Source: Candidatus Kerfeldbacteria bacterium
GTDB lineage: Bacteria; Patescibacteriota; Patescibacteriia; SBBC01; CAIJZX01
NCBI GenBank assembly: GCA_963731735.1
Contig: CAVSWO010000001.1
Location: 761 to 64,760, forward strand
Direction of reading: 5' to 3'
Length of the DNA stretch: 64,000 nt
Both the position numbers and the translations under genes were made by a program. Below, in pieces: positions 36,547 through 45,676 of this stretch (position 1 is the stretch's first letter; each line of letters opens with the position of its first letter). The notes beneath the pieces are model-generated. The model made no database searches and had not been told where the DNA came from. It saw only the letters and a program-made list of their open reading frames with translations.

Positions 36547-37954
36547 GCCGCACTGGACAATCATCGGCGTGCTAGCGCTGAGCCTACTCTACGCTACCTA
36601 TTGGTCATGGTTCGATTTGACTCGTCATGCCAAAACGAATTCCACCCGGTTCGATCTTGGGAATGCCGAACAAATTATCTGGAACGGAGCGCACGGACGA
36701 TGGTTTCAATCGACGGATCCCTATGGCACCGCGACCGTCAGTCGATTAGCGTATCATGCCGACTTCTTTTTGATGGTCTTGGTGCCGGTTTACGCGCTAG
36801 CGCCATACACGCAAACGCTCCTTTTACTCCAGGTTCTCGCAATTGCCAGTTCTTTTCTGGCGGTTTACCTACTGGCTCGGGCCTGGACGAAGTCGGCGGC
36901 CTGGGGTTTCGGTTTGGCTGCGTTGTTCGCTATCTCACCGGCTTTGCACTGGATGACCTTATTTGATTTTCACGCGGTGGCCTTCGCGGTGCCGCTCATC
37001 TTGTGGGCGGTTTGGGCGATGCACAAGCAACGTTATGGCTGGATGTTCGTTCTGGCCGGCTTGGCCATGCTCACCAAAGAGGAAATCGGAATGACGCTGC
37101 TGCCGCTGGCGGCCATGTTGTGGTTTTGGAAAAAACAACCTAGGTTGGCATGGCTGATGGTCCTGCCTGCAGTTTGGTCGCTGGCCATGCTGACGTGGGC
37201 CATCCCGCACGCCCAATCCGCTGTTGATGCCGCCGATGTTTTTCGCAGTAGTTTTGGCAATACCACCGGGCAAGTCGTAAAAAATCTTATTATCCATCCG
37301 CGTATGCTGTGGGGCACCGTGACGAGTCCGGCCACGATTCATTATGCCTTGCAACTGTTGATTCCGTTCGGGTGGTTGCCCCTGGGTAATTGGCTTTCGC
37401 TTGGCGCCGGACCCGATGCTTTGATTAACGTGATTAGCGGCAAAGAAACGCAACAGACCATCTTCTTTCATTACGCGGGCGGGATGTTGGCCTGGATGAT
37501 GCTTGGTACGATCGGCGTGATTGCCTGGGTCAGGAAGCAATGGCCGGATCGTATTTTCACCTTCGCCATAGCCGGCTGGTTGTTGGTTTGGGGTGGGGCG
37601 GGAGCTTGGCTATATGGACCGCTGCCCGGCGCGAAACTTGATCACACACGCTTCGCTACCTGGCGCAATGAAAATGCCGCGCCGATCGCCAGCTGGGAAA
37701 AACGGATTCCGACGAGCGCAGCAGTCTCAGCAACCAATAACATCGGGTCACATTTCGCCCGGCGTCAAGCTTTCTATTCGTTCCCCCTGGGTCTGCAGCA
37801 GGCCGATTATGCGATCGTCCTGCAAGGACATGCGCTGCCTGAAGTCACCGACCAAGCAGGTGTCGACGCGGCCCTGGCTGAGCTGCAGGCCAATCCGCAT
37901 TGGCGAACCGTTTTTCATCAGGCCGATCTTACAATTCTTGCACGCCAGCCGTAG
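36518..37954 (+). CDS. DUF2079-family membrane protein (predicted GT-C glycosyltransferase)
   Basis: N-terminal RFDLGNAEQIIWN resembles the DUF2079 FDLGIFDQ signature. Polytopic N-terminal half plus a soluble C-terminal domain. Confidence 0.6.
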   Translation: MVDPTHNPRKPHWTIIGVLALSLLYATYWSWFDLTRHAKTNSTRFDLGNAEQIIWNGAHGRWFQSTDPYGTATVSRLAYHADFFLMVLVPVYALAPYTQTLLLLQVLAIASSFLAVYLLARAWTKSAAWGFGLAALFAISPALHWMTLFDFHAVAFAVPLILWAVWAMHKQRYGWMFVLAGLAMLTKEEIGMTLLPLAAMLWFWKKQPRLAWLMVLPAVWSLAMLTWAIPHAQSAVDAADVFRSSFGNTTGQVVKNLIIHPRMLWGTVTSPATIHYALQLLIPFGWLPLGNWLSLGAGPDALINVISGKETQQTIFFHYAGGMLAWMMLGTIGVIAWVRKQWPDRIFTFAIAGWLLVWGGAGAWLYGPLPGAKLDHTRFATWRNENAAPIASWEKRIPTSAAVSATNNIGSHFARRQAFYSFPLGLQQADYAIVLQGHALPEVTDQAGVDAALAELQANPHWRTVFHQADLTILARQP

Positions 37955-37998
37955 ACCCACCTTGCGGGTTACCGGACAGAATGCTAGAGTTTTCGGTC

Positions 37999-39093
37999 AT
38001 GACTGATAGCAAGAAAATACTGGTCGGAATTTCCGGCGGCGTCGATAGCGCCGTGGCGGCCTTGTTGCTGCAACGTCAGGGCTATCAGGTGCACGGGGTC
38101 TTCATGAAAAATTGGTCAGAAGATGATTTCGGCGGTCCGTGTCCGTGGGAGGAAGACCAAGCCTCAGCTCAGGTAGTCGCCCAGCATCTCGGTATTCCGA
38201 TCGAAACGTGGAACTTTGAACCCGAATATCGTGAGCGGGTTTTTCAGGTGATGTTACATGAGTACCAGCAGGGGCGAACGCCCAACCCGGATATTCTCTG
38301 CAACCGGGAAATAAAATTCAATCTATTTCTCGAACGGGCGCTAACGCACGCTCCGCTGATGGCGACCGGCCATTACGCGCGAACTCACGATGGGCGATTA
38401 TATAAAGCCAGTGACCAAACCAAAGATCAATCATATTTTCTCGCGGCAGTTTCATCGAAGGCATTAAAACAAACAGTTTTCCCGTTGGGTGAGCAGAAAA
38501 AAACAGCGGTTCGAGCGATTGCCAAGGATGCGAAACTGCCAAATTGGGATCGTCCGGATAGCGTCGGCATTTGTTTTGTGGGTGAGAAAAAGATGGTGGA
38601 GTTTTTATCTCGCTATTTAACCTGGAGCCCCGGTCCGATCATCCTATCCGATGGCACTGAAATCGGCCAACACCGCGGCCTACAGTTCTACACCATCGGT
38701 CAGCGTCGCGGGTTTGGGGCCGATATTGACGCCGCTAAAGTTAGCCAGCACCTTGGGCAAACACAGGCGCTCTATATTGCCGAAAAACGGTCCGCCACGA
38801 ATACTTTAGTACTGGCTCCGGCCGATCAACCAACCCAGTTGGAACGCCAAGAATTTAGGGTGTCGGAAGCGCACTGGATCCGGCACGCTTGTGTTTTTCC
38901 TTGGATCGGTCAAGCTAAGTTTCGGTATCGGCAACCAGATGTTCCTATCACTCTAGTGCCAGATGGCCACCGTCTGCGGGTCATCTGTGCAACTCCCCAA
39001 CGGGCGATTACGCCCGGACAATATGCGGTTTTCTATCAGGGCGATGAATGCATCGGCAGCGCGGTGATTGACACCTTTCAAGCCAACTCGTAA
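37999..39093 (+). CDS. mnmA: tRNA-specific 2-thiouridylase
   Basis: PP-loop ILVGISGGVDSAV, followed by CPWEED..., NPDILCNREIKF. Confidence 0.92.
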   Translation: MTDSKKILVGISGGVDSAVAALLLQRQGYQVHGVFMKNWSEDDFGGPCPWEEDQASAQVVAQHLGIPIETWNFEPEYRERVFQVMLHEYQQGRTPNPDILCNREIKFNLFLERALTHAPLMATGHYARTHDGRLYKASDQTKDQSYFLAAVSSKALKQTVFPLGEQKKTAVRAIAKDAKLPNWDRPDSVGICFVGEKKMVEFLSRYLTWSPGPIILSDGTEIGQHRGLQFYTIGQRRGFGADIDAAKVSQHLGQTQALYIAEKRSATNTLVLAPADQPTQLERQEFRVSEAHWIRHACVFPWIGQAKFRYRQPDVPITLVPDGHRLRVICATPQRAITPGQYAVFYQGDECIGSAVIDTFQANS

Positions 39094-39132
39094 TCTCAGG
39101 AGGTTCTTTCCCATGACCAGGAGGGTCGGCCC

Positions 39133-39423
39133 GTGGATAATCCCTGGATTTTTGGCATTTGTGGTGTCTGGACCGCGAGCATCGCTTTTGTTTCTCGCTT
39201 TACCCAATTTGGAACCGGTGTCAAGACCATAACGATCTTTGGGCTGATTGGGTACGTTCTGTACTGCAAATTTGCCGCTACCACCGGCCTGAACGTTATG
39301 CTGGTGCTAAGCGGGACGGCCGTCGGGGCAGTATTCGAGGGAATGCTCTCGGAATACGTCATCCAGGTCTATCGCTGGCCATGTTTTACTCGTTCGCAGT
39401 CGACCCAATCACTGGAAGAGTGA
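39133..39423 (+). CDS. small membrane protein (tentative)
   Basis: GTG start with AGGAGG 9 nt upstream, 96 aa with 2-3 TM. Immediately followed by a terminator. Confidence 0.35.
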   Translation: MDNPWIFGICGVWTASIAFVSRFTQFGTGVKTITIFGLIGYVLYCKFAATTGLNVMLVLSGTAVGAVFEGMLSEYVIQVYRWPCFTRSQSTQSLEE

Positions 39424-39450
39424 CCGCTTGAATTGGCGGTCTTTTTTTTG
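39422..39450 (+). terminator. rho-independent terminator
   Basis: Stem gaccgc / gcggtc with loop ttgaattg, then an 8-T run. Confidence 0.6.
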
Positions 39451-39456
39451 TATACT
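39428..39456 (+). promoter_or_regulatory. alaS promoter (TTGAAT-17-TATACT) overlapping the upstream terminator, predicting a leaderless alaS mRNA
   Basis: -35 at 39428-39433 and -10 at 39451-39456. The alaS ATG at 39465 sits 8-9 nt after the -10. Confidence 0.45.
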
Positions 39457-39461
39457 CGGGC

Positions 39462-41279
39462 TTGATGCACGCCCACGATTTGCGCCGGAAGTTTCTCGAG
39501 TATTTCGCGAAGCACGGACATACCCAGCTCCCATCCTCGTCTTTACTGCCGGACAATGATCCGTCGGTTCTGCTGACCACGGCCGGTATGCAGCAATTTA
39601 AACCGTATTTTCTGGGCGAAAAGGATCCGGTCAAAGACTTCAAATCAAAACGGGTGACGACCGTCCAAAAATCATTTCGAACCTCGGATATTACCGAGGT
39701 CGGGGATGAATCACACCTGACCTTTTTTGAAATGCTCGGGAATTTCAGCTTCGGAGACTACGGCAAAAAGGAGGCGATTGCTTGGGCCTGGGAGTTTCTA
39801 ACCAAAACACTCCACCTGCCAAAAGACCGATTATGGGCAACGGTTTTTGCCGGTGATGACGATGTACCAGGCGATACCGAGGCGACGCGTGAATGGGAAA
39901 AATATTTACCCAAAGAAAAAATTTTTCCGCTCGGACGAAGCGATAATTTTTGGGGACCGGCCGGGGAGACTGGTCCCTGCGGCCCCAGCAGCGAGATTCA
40001 TTACCAACTTGACCCGAAGCGGGGCGGGCAGCCGGGTGATGATTCCGATAATTTTATTGAGATCTGGAATCTGGTCTTTACCGAGTATGCGCAATCCAAG
40101 GACCGCCGGTTAAAAAAACTGCCGACCTTGAACATTGATACCGGGATGGGTCTGGAACGCTTGGCGATGGTGCTACAAAAGAAAGATTCGGTTTTTGCCA
40201 CCGATGCGTTTACTTCTTTGCTACGAGTGACTGAAAAACTGCCAGCCTTTGGGCAATCGGGCGACCAAGTAGCTGATCAGCGCCGGAGCAGGATCGTCGC
40301 CGACCACATCAAAGGCGCCTGTTTCCTGTTGGCCGATGGCGTCGGGTTTTCAAATAAAGATCAGGGGTATATTTTGCGCCGGATCGTCCGACGAGCGGCC
40401 GATCAATTCTTGCTGGCCGAAATAGATTTTCAACCGTTGGTGGATGAAGTCTTTGGACTTTACGGCTCGGCCTACCCTGAATTATTGAAAAATGAACACC
40501 TGGTCCGGGGCGCATTGACCCATGAATTGGAACAGTATCAAAAAATCTTACAAATCGACGTGCATGCACTGGTCGATAAAATCCGGAAGCTCAAGCCGGC
40601 CGAAACAGACAAGCCGCAGCCTTCAACGACGGATTTAACGCCGGATGAAGCGTTTACTTTGTACGCTACCCACGGCATCTCACTCGATCGTTTAGTGCGA
40701 CTCGGTTTTACCTTCAATCAGGCATCAGTCGAAAAGAAAGTTGCCAAACACCAAGCGCTGTCACGGGCCGGGGCCGAGAAGAAATTTGGCGGCCACGGGC
40801 TGAATGACCCAGATTTGGAAAACAAATTTACCAAAGATCAGATTTGGATTATGACCCGCTTACATACGGCTACCCACCTGCTGCATGCGGCCCTGCGTAC
40901 GATACTCGGACCGGGCGTGAAACAAAGCGGTTCGGATATTACTCCCGATCGGTTGCGATTTGATTTTACCTTTGAACGTAAACTGACCGATCAAGAAAAA
41001 CAGGATATTGAAAACCTCGTCAACGAAAAAATCAAGGCGGATTTGCCGGTTTCGCACGCCAGCCTGCCGTACCAGCAGGCGATTGATCAAGGCGCGCTGG
41101 CGTTCTTCAAAGAAAAATACGGCGAACAAGTAACCGTATATTCGATCGGAGATTTTTCGAAAGAACTGTGCGGCGGACCGCATGTCGAGCACACGAATCA
41201 AATCGGCAATTTCAAGATTACCGCAGAGCAGAGTGTTGGAGCCGGGTTACGGCGGATCAAAGCCAGTCTGGGCGCCTAA
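39462..41279 (+). CDS. alaS: alanine--tRNA ligase, short form lacking the C-Ala/DHHA1 domain
   Basis: Class II core FLEYFAKHGH...FEMLGNFSFGDY. Editing-domain zinc motif (TATHLLHAAL; CGGPHV). Only 605 aa. Probable ATG at 39465. Confidence 0.9.
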   Translation: MMHAHDLRRKFLEYFAKHGHTQLPSSSLLPDNDPSVLLTTAGMQQFKPYFLGEKDPVKDFKSKRVTTVQKSFRTSDITEVGDESHLTFFEMLGNFSFGDYGKKEAIAWAWEFLTKTLHLPKDRLWATVFAGDDDVPGDTEATREWEKYLPKEKIFPLGRSDNFWGPAGETGPCGPSSEIHYQLDPKRGGQPGDDSDNFIEIWNLVFTEYAQSKDRRLKKLPTLNIDTGMGLERLAMVLQKKDSVFATDAFTSLLRVTEKLPAFGQSGDQVADQRRSRIVADHIKGACFLLADGVGFSNKDQGYILRRIVRRAADQFLLAEIDFQPLVDEVFGLYGSAYPELLKNEHLVRGALTHELEQYQKILQIDVHALVDKIRKLKPAETDKPQPSTTDLTPDEAFTLYATHGISLDRLVRLGFTFNQASVEKKVAKHQALSRAGAEKKFGGHGLNDPDLENKFTKDQIWIMTRLHTATHLLHAALRTILGPGVKQSGSDITPDRLRFDFTFERKLTDQEKQDIENLVNEKIKADLPVSHASLPYQQAIDQGALAFFKEKYGEQVTVYSIGDFSKELCGGPHVEHTNQIGNFKITAEQSVGAGLRRIKASLGA

Positions 41280-41350
41280 AAATATCGGGTGGAAAAGCCC
41301 GAGATAAACGAGGTTTGCCAAAATTCGAATTTCATGAGTATAGTACGTAT

Positions 41351-42223
41351 ATGGAAGTTGCGCTGAATATCGCTGGACTTAAAAAATATTTCGGAAAAAC
41401 CAAAGCGGTTGATGACGTGAGCCTGACCGTCCAGAGCGGTGAAATGTTTGGTTTTTTAGGACCAAATGGAGCCGGGAAAACCACCACCATTCGCACGATC
41501 ATGGACTTTATCCGGCCGACAGCCGGGCAGATTCAGGTGTTCGGCCAAGACGCCCAACAGAATGCGGTGGCGGTGAAACATCAGATCGGCTATCTACCAG
41601 GGAACCCGCATGCCTTTGAAAAATGGACCGGGAATGAACATATTGAATGGGTCCGGCGCACGAATGGCGGAGTTGATTCGGCCCAGGAATTAGTTGAGAA
41701 ATTTGATTTTGACCCCAAGCGCCCGGCCCATCATTTGTCTTCCGGAAATCGGCAGAAACTGGGCTTAATCCTGGCGCTGATGACCAATCCGAAGTTAGTC
41801 ATTCTGGATGAACCCACCAACGCCCTTGATCCGTTAGTCCAAAATTCGCTTTACGCCTTACTGCGGGACCGGGTCAAGCAGGGGACCACGGTTTTTATGT
41901 CATCCCACAATTTAGCTGAAGTGGAGCGGATTTGCGACCGAGTGGCAATTATCCGACAAGGCAAGTTGGTGGCGGTTGAACGGATTGCTGATCTCAAAGA
42001 CAAACACATTCATCGAATCCAAGTCACCTTTGACCGACCGACGAAACCCGATACCCTGCGGCAGGATGGAATCACCATTGAAGCTGCCGCCGACCGGGCC
42101 TTGACCTTGAAAGTTCAGGGTGAACTGCAGCCACTGTTGGCCAAGCTGGCTACCTTACCGGTCAAAACGCTGGATGTGAAAAGCGCCGACCTGGAAGATA
42201 TATTTCTCACTTATTATCGCTAG
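41351..42223 (+). CDS. ABC transporter ATP-binding protein
   Basis: Walker A GPNGAGKTT, signature LSSGNRQKL, Walker B ILDEPT. Start chosen at the ATG at 41351 (MEVALNIAG...). Confidence 0.9.
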   Translation: MEVALNIAGLKKYFGKTKAVDDVSLTVQSGEMFGFLGPNGAGKTTTIRTIMDFIRPTAGQIQVFGQDAQQNAVAVKHQIGYLPGNPHAFEKWTGNEHIEWVRRTNGGVDSAQELVEKFDFDPKRPAHHLSSGNRQKLGLILALMTNPKLVILDEPTNALDPLVQNSLYALLRDRVKQGTTVFMSSHNLAEVERICDRVAIIRQGKLVAVERIADLKDKHIHRIQVTFDRPTKPDTLRQDGITIEAAADRALTLKVQGELQPLLAKLATLPVKTLDVKSADLEDIFLTYYR

Positions 42224-42224
42224 T

Positions 42225-43028
42225 ATGGGCTTTCTGATTTGGCGAACCATCCGCGACCGCCGCAATACCATCATTACTTATACGCTCCTAACCGTCCTCT
42301 TAATGTGGATGTATGTGGCGCTCTTCCCGTCACTCCAGAAGCAGGCGGCGAATTTTGACCAGTTGTTTAAAACCTACCCCAAAGGATTGATGGCGGCCTT
42401 CGGCATTGAGACGCTAAGCTTTGACCATTTTGATTCATACCTCTCAACCGAAACGTTTAATTTTACCTGGCCGTTGCTAGTGGTCTTAATTTCAATTTCC
42501 TTTGCTTCGAGTGGGATTGCCGGGGATATCGAACGCGGGACCAGCGAAATCTTACTGGCCCGCCCGTTATCTCGAGCCAAGATATTTTTTGGCAGATATT
42601 TTGCGACCTTAGCGGTGTTAATTGTCTTTACCGGACTTTCTGTCTATACTCCGGTCATGTTTGCTTCGTTTAGCTCGATAACCTACGATCTCAGCCAATT
42701 TCACACGTTTTTGGTTTTGTCTCTGCTCTATGCTTGGGCTGTTATGAGTGTCTCCTTTTGCATCTCCACGCTGGTATCTGAAAAGGGGAAAGCGTTGGGC
42801 CTGGCGGGCGGCTTATTTGTCCTGATGTATATTTTTAATTTGTTTGGGCAGTTGTCGGATAAAGTCTCCTGGATGACCAAGATTTCCTACTTTAAATATT
42901 TTGATCCGATTGAGGGTTTGGTCCATCACCATCTGGCCGCCGGGCCGCTGCTAGTTTTCGGATTGAGTATTCTCCTCGCCACCGGTTTGGGTGTCTTCTG
43001 GTTTCAACGGCGGGATATTGCGACCTAG
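42225..43028 (+). CDS. ABC-2 type exporter permease
   Basis: 267 aa, 6 TM. Confidence 0.8.
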   Translation: MGFLIWRTIRDRRNTIITYTLLTVLLMWMYVALFPSLQKQAANFDQLFKTYPKGLMAAFGIETLSFDHFDSYLSTETFNFTWPLLVVLISISFASSGIAGDIERGTSEILLARPLSRAKIFFGRYFATLAVLIVFTGLSVYTPVMFASFSSITYDLSQFHTFLVLSLLYAWAVMSVSFCISTLVSEKGKALGLAGGLFVLMYIFNLFGQLSDKVSWMTKISYFKYFDPIEGLVHHHLAAGPLLVFGLSILLATGLGVFWFQRRDIAT

Positions 43029-43031
43029 CCC

Positions 43032-43886
43032 ATGGACTACGCTATTCGAGTTGAACATCTGGCCAAGTACTATGGCGACGTGCACGCCCTGGAGGATGTG
43101 GTGCTGGATGTCCACCCGGGGAAAATTACCGGTTTACTCGGCCCCAACGGCGCCGGTAAATCCACCCTGATTAAATCATTAGTCGGCGCACTGCAACCGA
43201 ATCAAGGCAGCATCCAAGTCCTGGGGCTTGACCCGATTCATCACCGTTGGCAACTTCGCCCGAACCTGGGGTATATGCCGCAGGAACCGGCGCTGTATGA
43301 TGATTTGTCGGCCCTGGAAAACGTGGCTTTTTATGCCCGATTGCACCGTGACAAACAGCCGCAGGAACTGGCGGAAAAATTATTGACGGAATTGGATTTA
43401 GGTCAGCGGTTGCGAAGTCCAATTTTTACGCTATCCGGCGGCATGCAGAAACGCGTATCATTGGCCGCTGCTCTTGTCCATAATCCGAAATTATTGATTT
43501 TAGATGAACCGACGGCCGCCTTGGATCCGCTGCTGAAGCGCAGTCTGTGGCAACGTTTTCGTCAGTTGGCCGACGAAGGTAAAACTTTGATCATTAGCAC
43601 GCATTTGATGGATGAAGCCATGTTGTGTGACCGGGTAGTGCTGATGCAACATGGAAATGTGGTAGCTCATGATACACCGCGGAATTTGATAGAAACCGGC
43701 AGCTTGACCTTGCGGTATCATCAAAACGGGCAAGATGAAACAGAAACCATGCCGGCTGATGGGGTAGCCCTGGCCAAGGCCCTGCAACGGCACGGCCTGT
43801 CACCATCAATCGATCAGGTTAAGGTTGAGGAGGAGAATCTTGAAGACGTGATGGTGCGGATGCTGGGACGGGAGGACCAGCCATGA
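43032..43886 (+). CDS. ABC transporter ATP-binding protein (second copy)
   Basis: GPNGAGKST, LSGGMQKR, ILDEPT. Confidence 0.9.
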   Translation: MDYAIRVEHLAKYYGDVHALEDVVLDVHPGKITGLLGPNGAGKSTLIKSLVGALQPNQGSIQVLGLDPIHHRWQLRPNLGYMPQEPALYDDLSALENVAFYARLHRDKQPQELAEKLLTELDLGQRLRSPIFTLSGGMQKRVSLAAALVHNPKLLILDEPTAALDPLLKRSLWQRFRQLADEGKTLIISTHLMDEAMLCDRVVLMQHGNVVAHDTPRNLIETGSLTLRYHQNGQDETETMPADGVALAKALQRHGLSPSIDQVKVEEENLEDVMVRMLGREDQP

Positions 43887-44620
43887 ATATACTGATCGTG
43901 GCCCGCCGGGTACTCCAACAACTCCGCCATGATCGTCGATTTCTGGCCTTTATGATTTTGGTACCGCTGGTGCTGGCCTATTTCTTGAAACTATTTTTTG
44001 ACACGCTGCCGCCGAACGTATCGCGGGAAGCTTTCGTAGTGCCTTTTACCGCCTTTATCGTTTACTTCCTGACGTTTTTACTATCAGCGCTCCTCTTGGT
44101 TCAGGAACGCACCAGCGGAACATTAAACCGGATGCTAATCAACGGACTCAAAAAAACTGATATCATTCTGGGGTACGTTACCGGGTATATCGGACTGGCC
44201 ATCATCCAGGCGGCGTTTGTTTTGGCCGAGGTATTATGGCTGTTTGATCTCGGGTACGATGTCACGGTGATTATCGCCTTTGGCGGAGCCCTGTTCCTGC
44301 TGGCGATTGTCTCGGTCTTACTCGGGATTTTCATCTCAACCTTCGCGCGCCGGGAAGCTCAAGTTATCCCATTTATTCCGTTGTTGGTTGTGTTACCAGC
44401 CTTTTTATCGGGGTTGCTGGCTGATCCGGCTCTGCTTCCGCGGTGGGCGGAAATACTCGGAAAAGTATTTCCAATTCGCTATGGGATCGAAGCCGCCCAA
44501 GCCGCCATCGCCCATGGAGGAATAGATACGACTAGTTTGTGGCAAAGTTACGGAGCCTTACTGGCGTTTGCCGTCGCCCTAACCATCGTCGGTTCATTCA
44601 CTTTCCGTGAACGGGAGTAA
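43883..44620 (+). CDS. ABC-2 type exporter permease (second copy)
   Basis: 245 aa, 6 TM. ATGA-coupled. Confidence 0.8.
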   Translation: MNILIVARRVLQQLRHDRRFLAFMILVPLVLAYFLKLFFDTLPPNVSREAFVVPFTAFIVYFLTFLLSALLLVQERTSGTLNRMLINGLKKTDIILGYVTGYIGLAIIQAAFVLAEVLWLFDLGYDVTVIIAFGGALFLLAIVSVLLGIFISTFARREAQVIPFIPLLVVLPAFLSGLLADPALLPRWAEILGKVFPIRYGIEAAQAAIAHGGIDTTSLWQSYGALLAFAVALTIVGSFTFRERE

Positions 44621-44626
44621 GACTGG

Positions 44627-44794
44627 ATGAAAGCCTTAATCTGGATTGGAGCAATTGTGGGTTCAACCTTGGGCGGCTGGATTCCCGCACTTTGGCATGC
44701 TTCACTCTTGTCATTTTCCGGTATTATCGGCTCAACTTTGGGCGGCATACTTGGTATCGTGGCCGGCTATAAAATCGGTAAACAATACTTTTAA
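44627..44794 (+). CDS. 55-aa glycine-zipper membrane protein with an internally duplicated GSTLGG motif
   Basis: MKALIWIGAIVGSTLGGWIPALWHASLLSFSGIIGSTLGGILGIVAGYKIGKQYF. GGGAG is 9 nt upstream. The next feature is a terminator. The ORF is absent from the supplied track (shorter than 60 aa). Confidence 0.45.
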   Translation: MKALIWIGAIVGSTLGGWIPALWHASLLSFSGIIGSTLGGILGIVAGYKIGKQYF

Positions 44795-44800
44795 AAAAAA

Positions 44801-44830
44801 CCTACCCGAAGGTAGGTTATTTCTTTTTTC
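44801..44830 (+). terminator. rho-independent terminator
   Basis: cctacc-cgaa-ggtagg then ttatttctttttt. Confidence 0.6.
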
Positions 44831-45362
44831 GCGGGCGGGCCGGAAAGAAGAAATGAATTTCAATCCGAGTGGGGCGAATGCCCGGTTGACGACCAGCATG
44901 CACTAGCAGGGCCGTGACCATTGAGGCCGGCAGCGACGACTGCGGATGCGGCTGCCTCGTTCGTCGCTTTGAGGTACGAATACCGAAATCGACGACTTTA
45001 TCGATTTTGGCCGGCTGCCGATGACCTTTGCGACGTCCGTGCGGATTCGATCTTCTTGGATGGTAATCGATTGGCAATCGGGCCACCGCGCGGCGGTAAA
45101 CGATGAACTGATGGAAGTTACCGGATTTTCCGGTAGCGCGGGCCCGGGCATAGGTGCGGATGAGTTTGGCACTTCGTAGCGAAACGTAGATGGCGTACCC
45201 GGTTTTCTGTCCGAAGCGTTGACGCAGCAAAGAGGTAATACCGATCAACCTAAACCGCTCCGCCCGGGGTGGTCCCTGCTGCAACAAGAACCGATATCCT
45301 TGGTACAGATGGGTTGCCAAATACAGCTTACCGTGACGAATTTCAAACACGCGTTTTGCCAT
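44817..45362 (-). CDS. arginine-rich hypothetical protein (coding status uncertain)
   Basis: Long minus-strand ORF. The N-terminal ~90 aa look protein-like (MAKRVFEIRHGKLYLATHLYQGYRFLLQQ...) but the C-terminal half is R/P/K low-complexity, typical of spurious GC-rich frames. No motif recognised. Confidence 0.25.
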   Translation of the reverse strand: MAKRVFEIRHGKLYLATHLYQGYRFLLQQGPPRAERFRLIGITSLLRQRFGQKTGYAIYVSLRSAKLIRTYARARATGKSGNFHQFIVYRRAVARLPIDYHPRRSNPHGRRKGHRQPAKIDKVVDFGIRTSKRRTRQPHPQSSLPASMVTALLVHAGRQPGIRPTRIEIHFFFPARPRKKK

Positions 45363-45676
45363 AGCAACCTCACGGCTGGAGTGGGGAGTGATTTTGAAAG
45401 AGCCGCTGAATGTAGCAACTGGGAGACCATTTGTCAAGCCGACTTGAGGTTTTTCTGCCAAAGATTTAGACTCGCCGTATGCAATTAACGGTCGACTTCT
45501 CACACCTGTTTACCCAGCAACCGGGTGAATCCAACGTCTGGATCGCGAATTCGTTATTGGTGTTAGTTATCGCCGTCGTAGTCGTCGGCTGGTTCGTTGC
45601 CAAACAGGACTAGTTGACAGAACAGCCGAAAGGGTCTAGCGTTGCAGCGCGATCTTTGCTCATCAAGGAGGGAACA

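Noticed and set aside
39159-39431. Second small ORF (90 aa) overlapping the 39133 ORF in another frame.
   Set aside because: It has no RBS and a low-complexity product. The 39133 frame has AGGAGG and a membrane-protein-like product.
44646-44906. 86-aa ORF listed in the track after the ABC permease.
   Set aside because: It runs through the terminator hairpin and has no RBS. The 55-aa ORF at 44627 in another frame fits the RBS and terminator better.
45030-45060. ggattcga motif reminiscent of the tmRNA 5' end or a tRNA T-loop.
   Set aside because: No acceptor stem or CCA context, no tag-peptide reading frame, and no pairing partner.
45120-45215. Two short strings resembling the RNase P RNA P4 halves: GGAAAATCCGG, and ACAGAAAACCGGG on the minus strand.
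   Set aside because: They occur in the wrong 5'-to-3' order and are only ~70 nt apart. Both fall in-frame in the minus-strand ORF, and no other P RNA elements are present.
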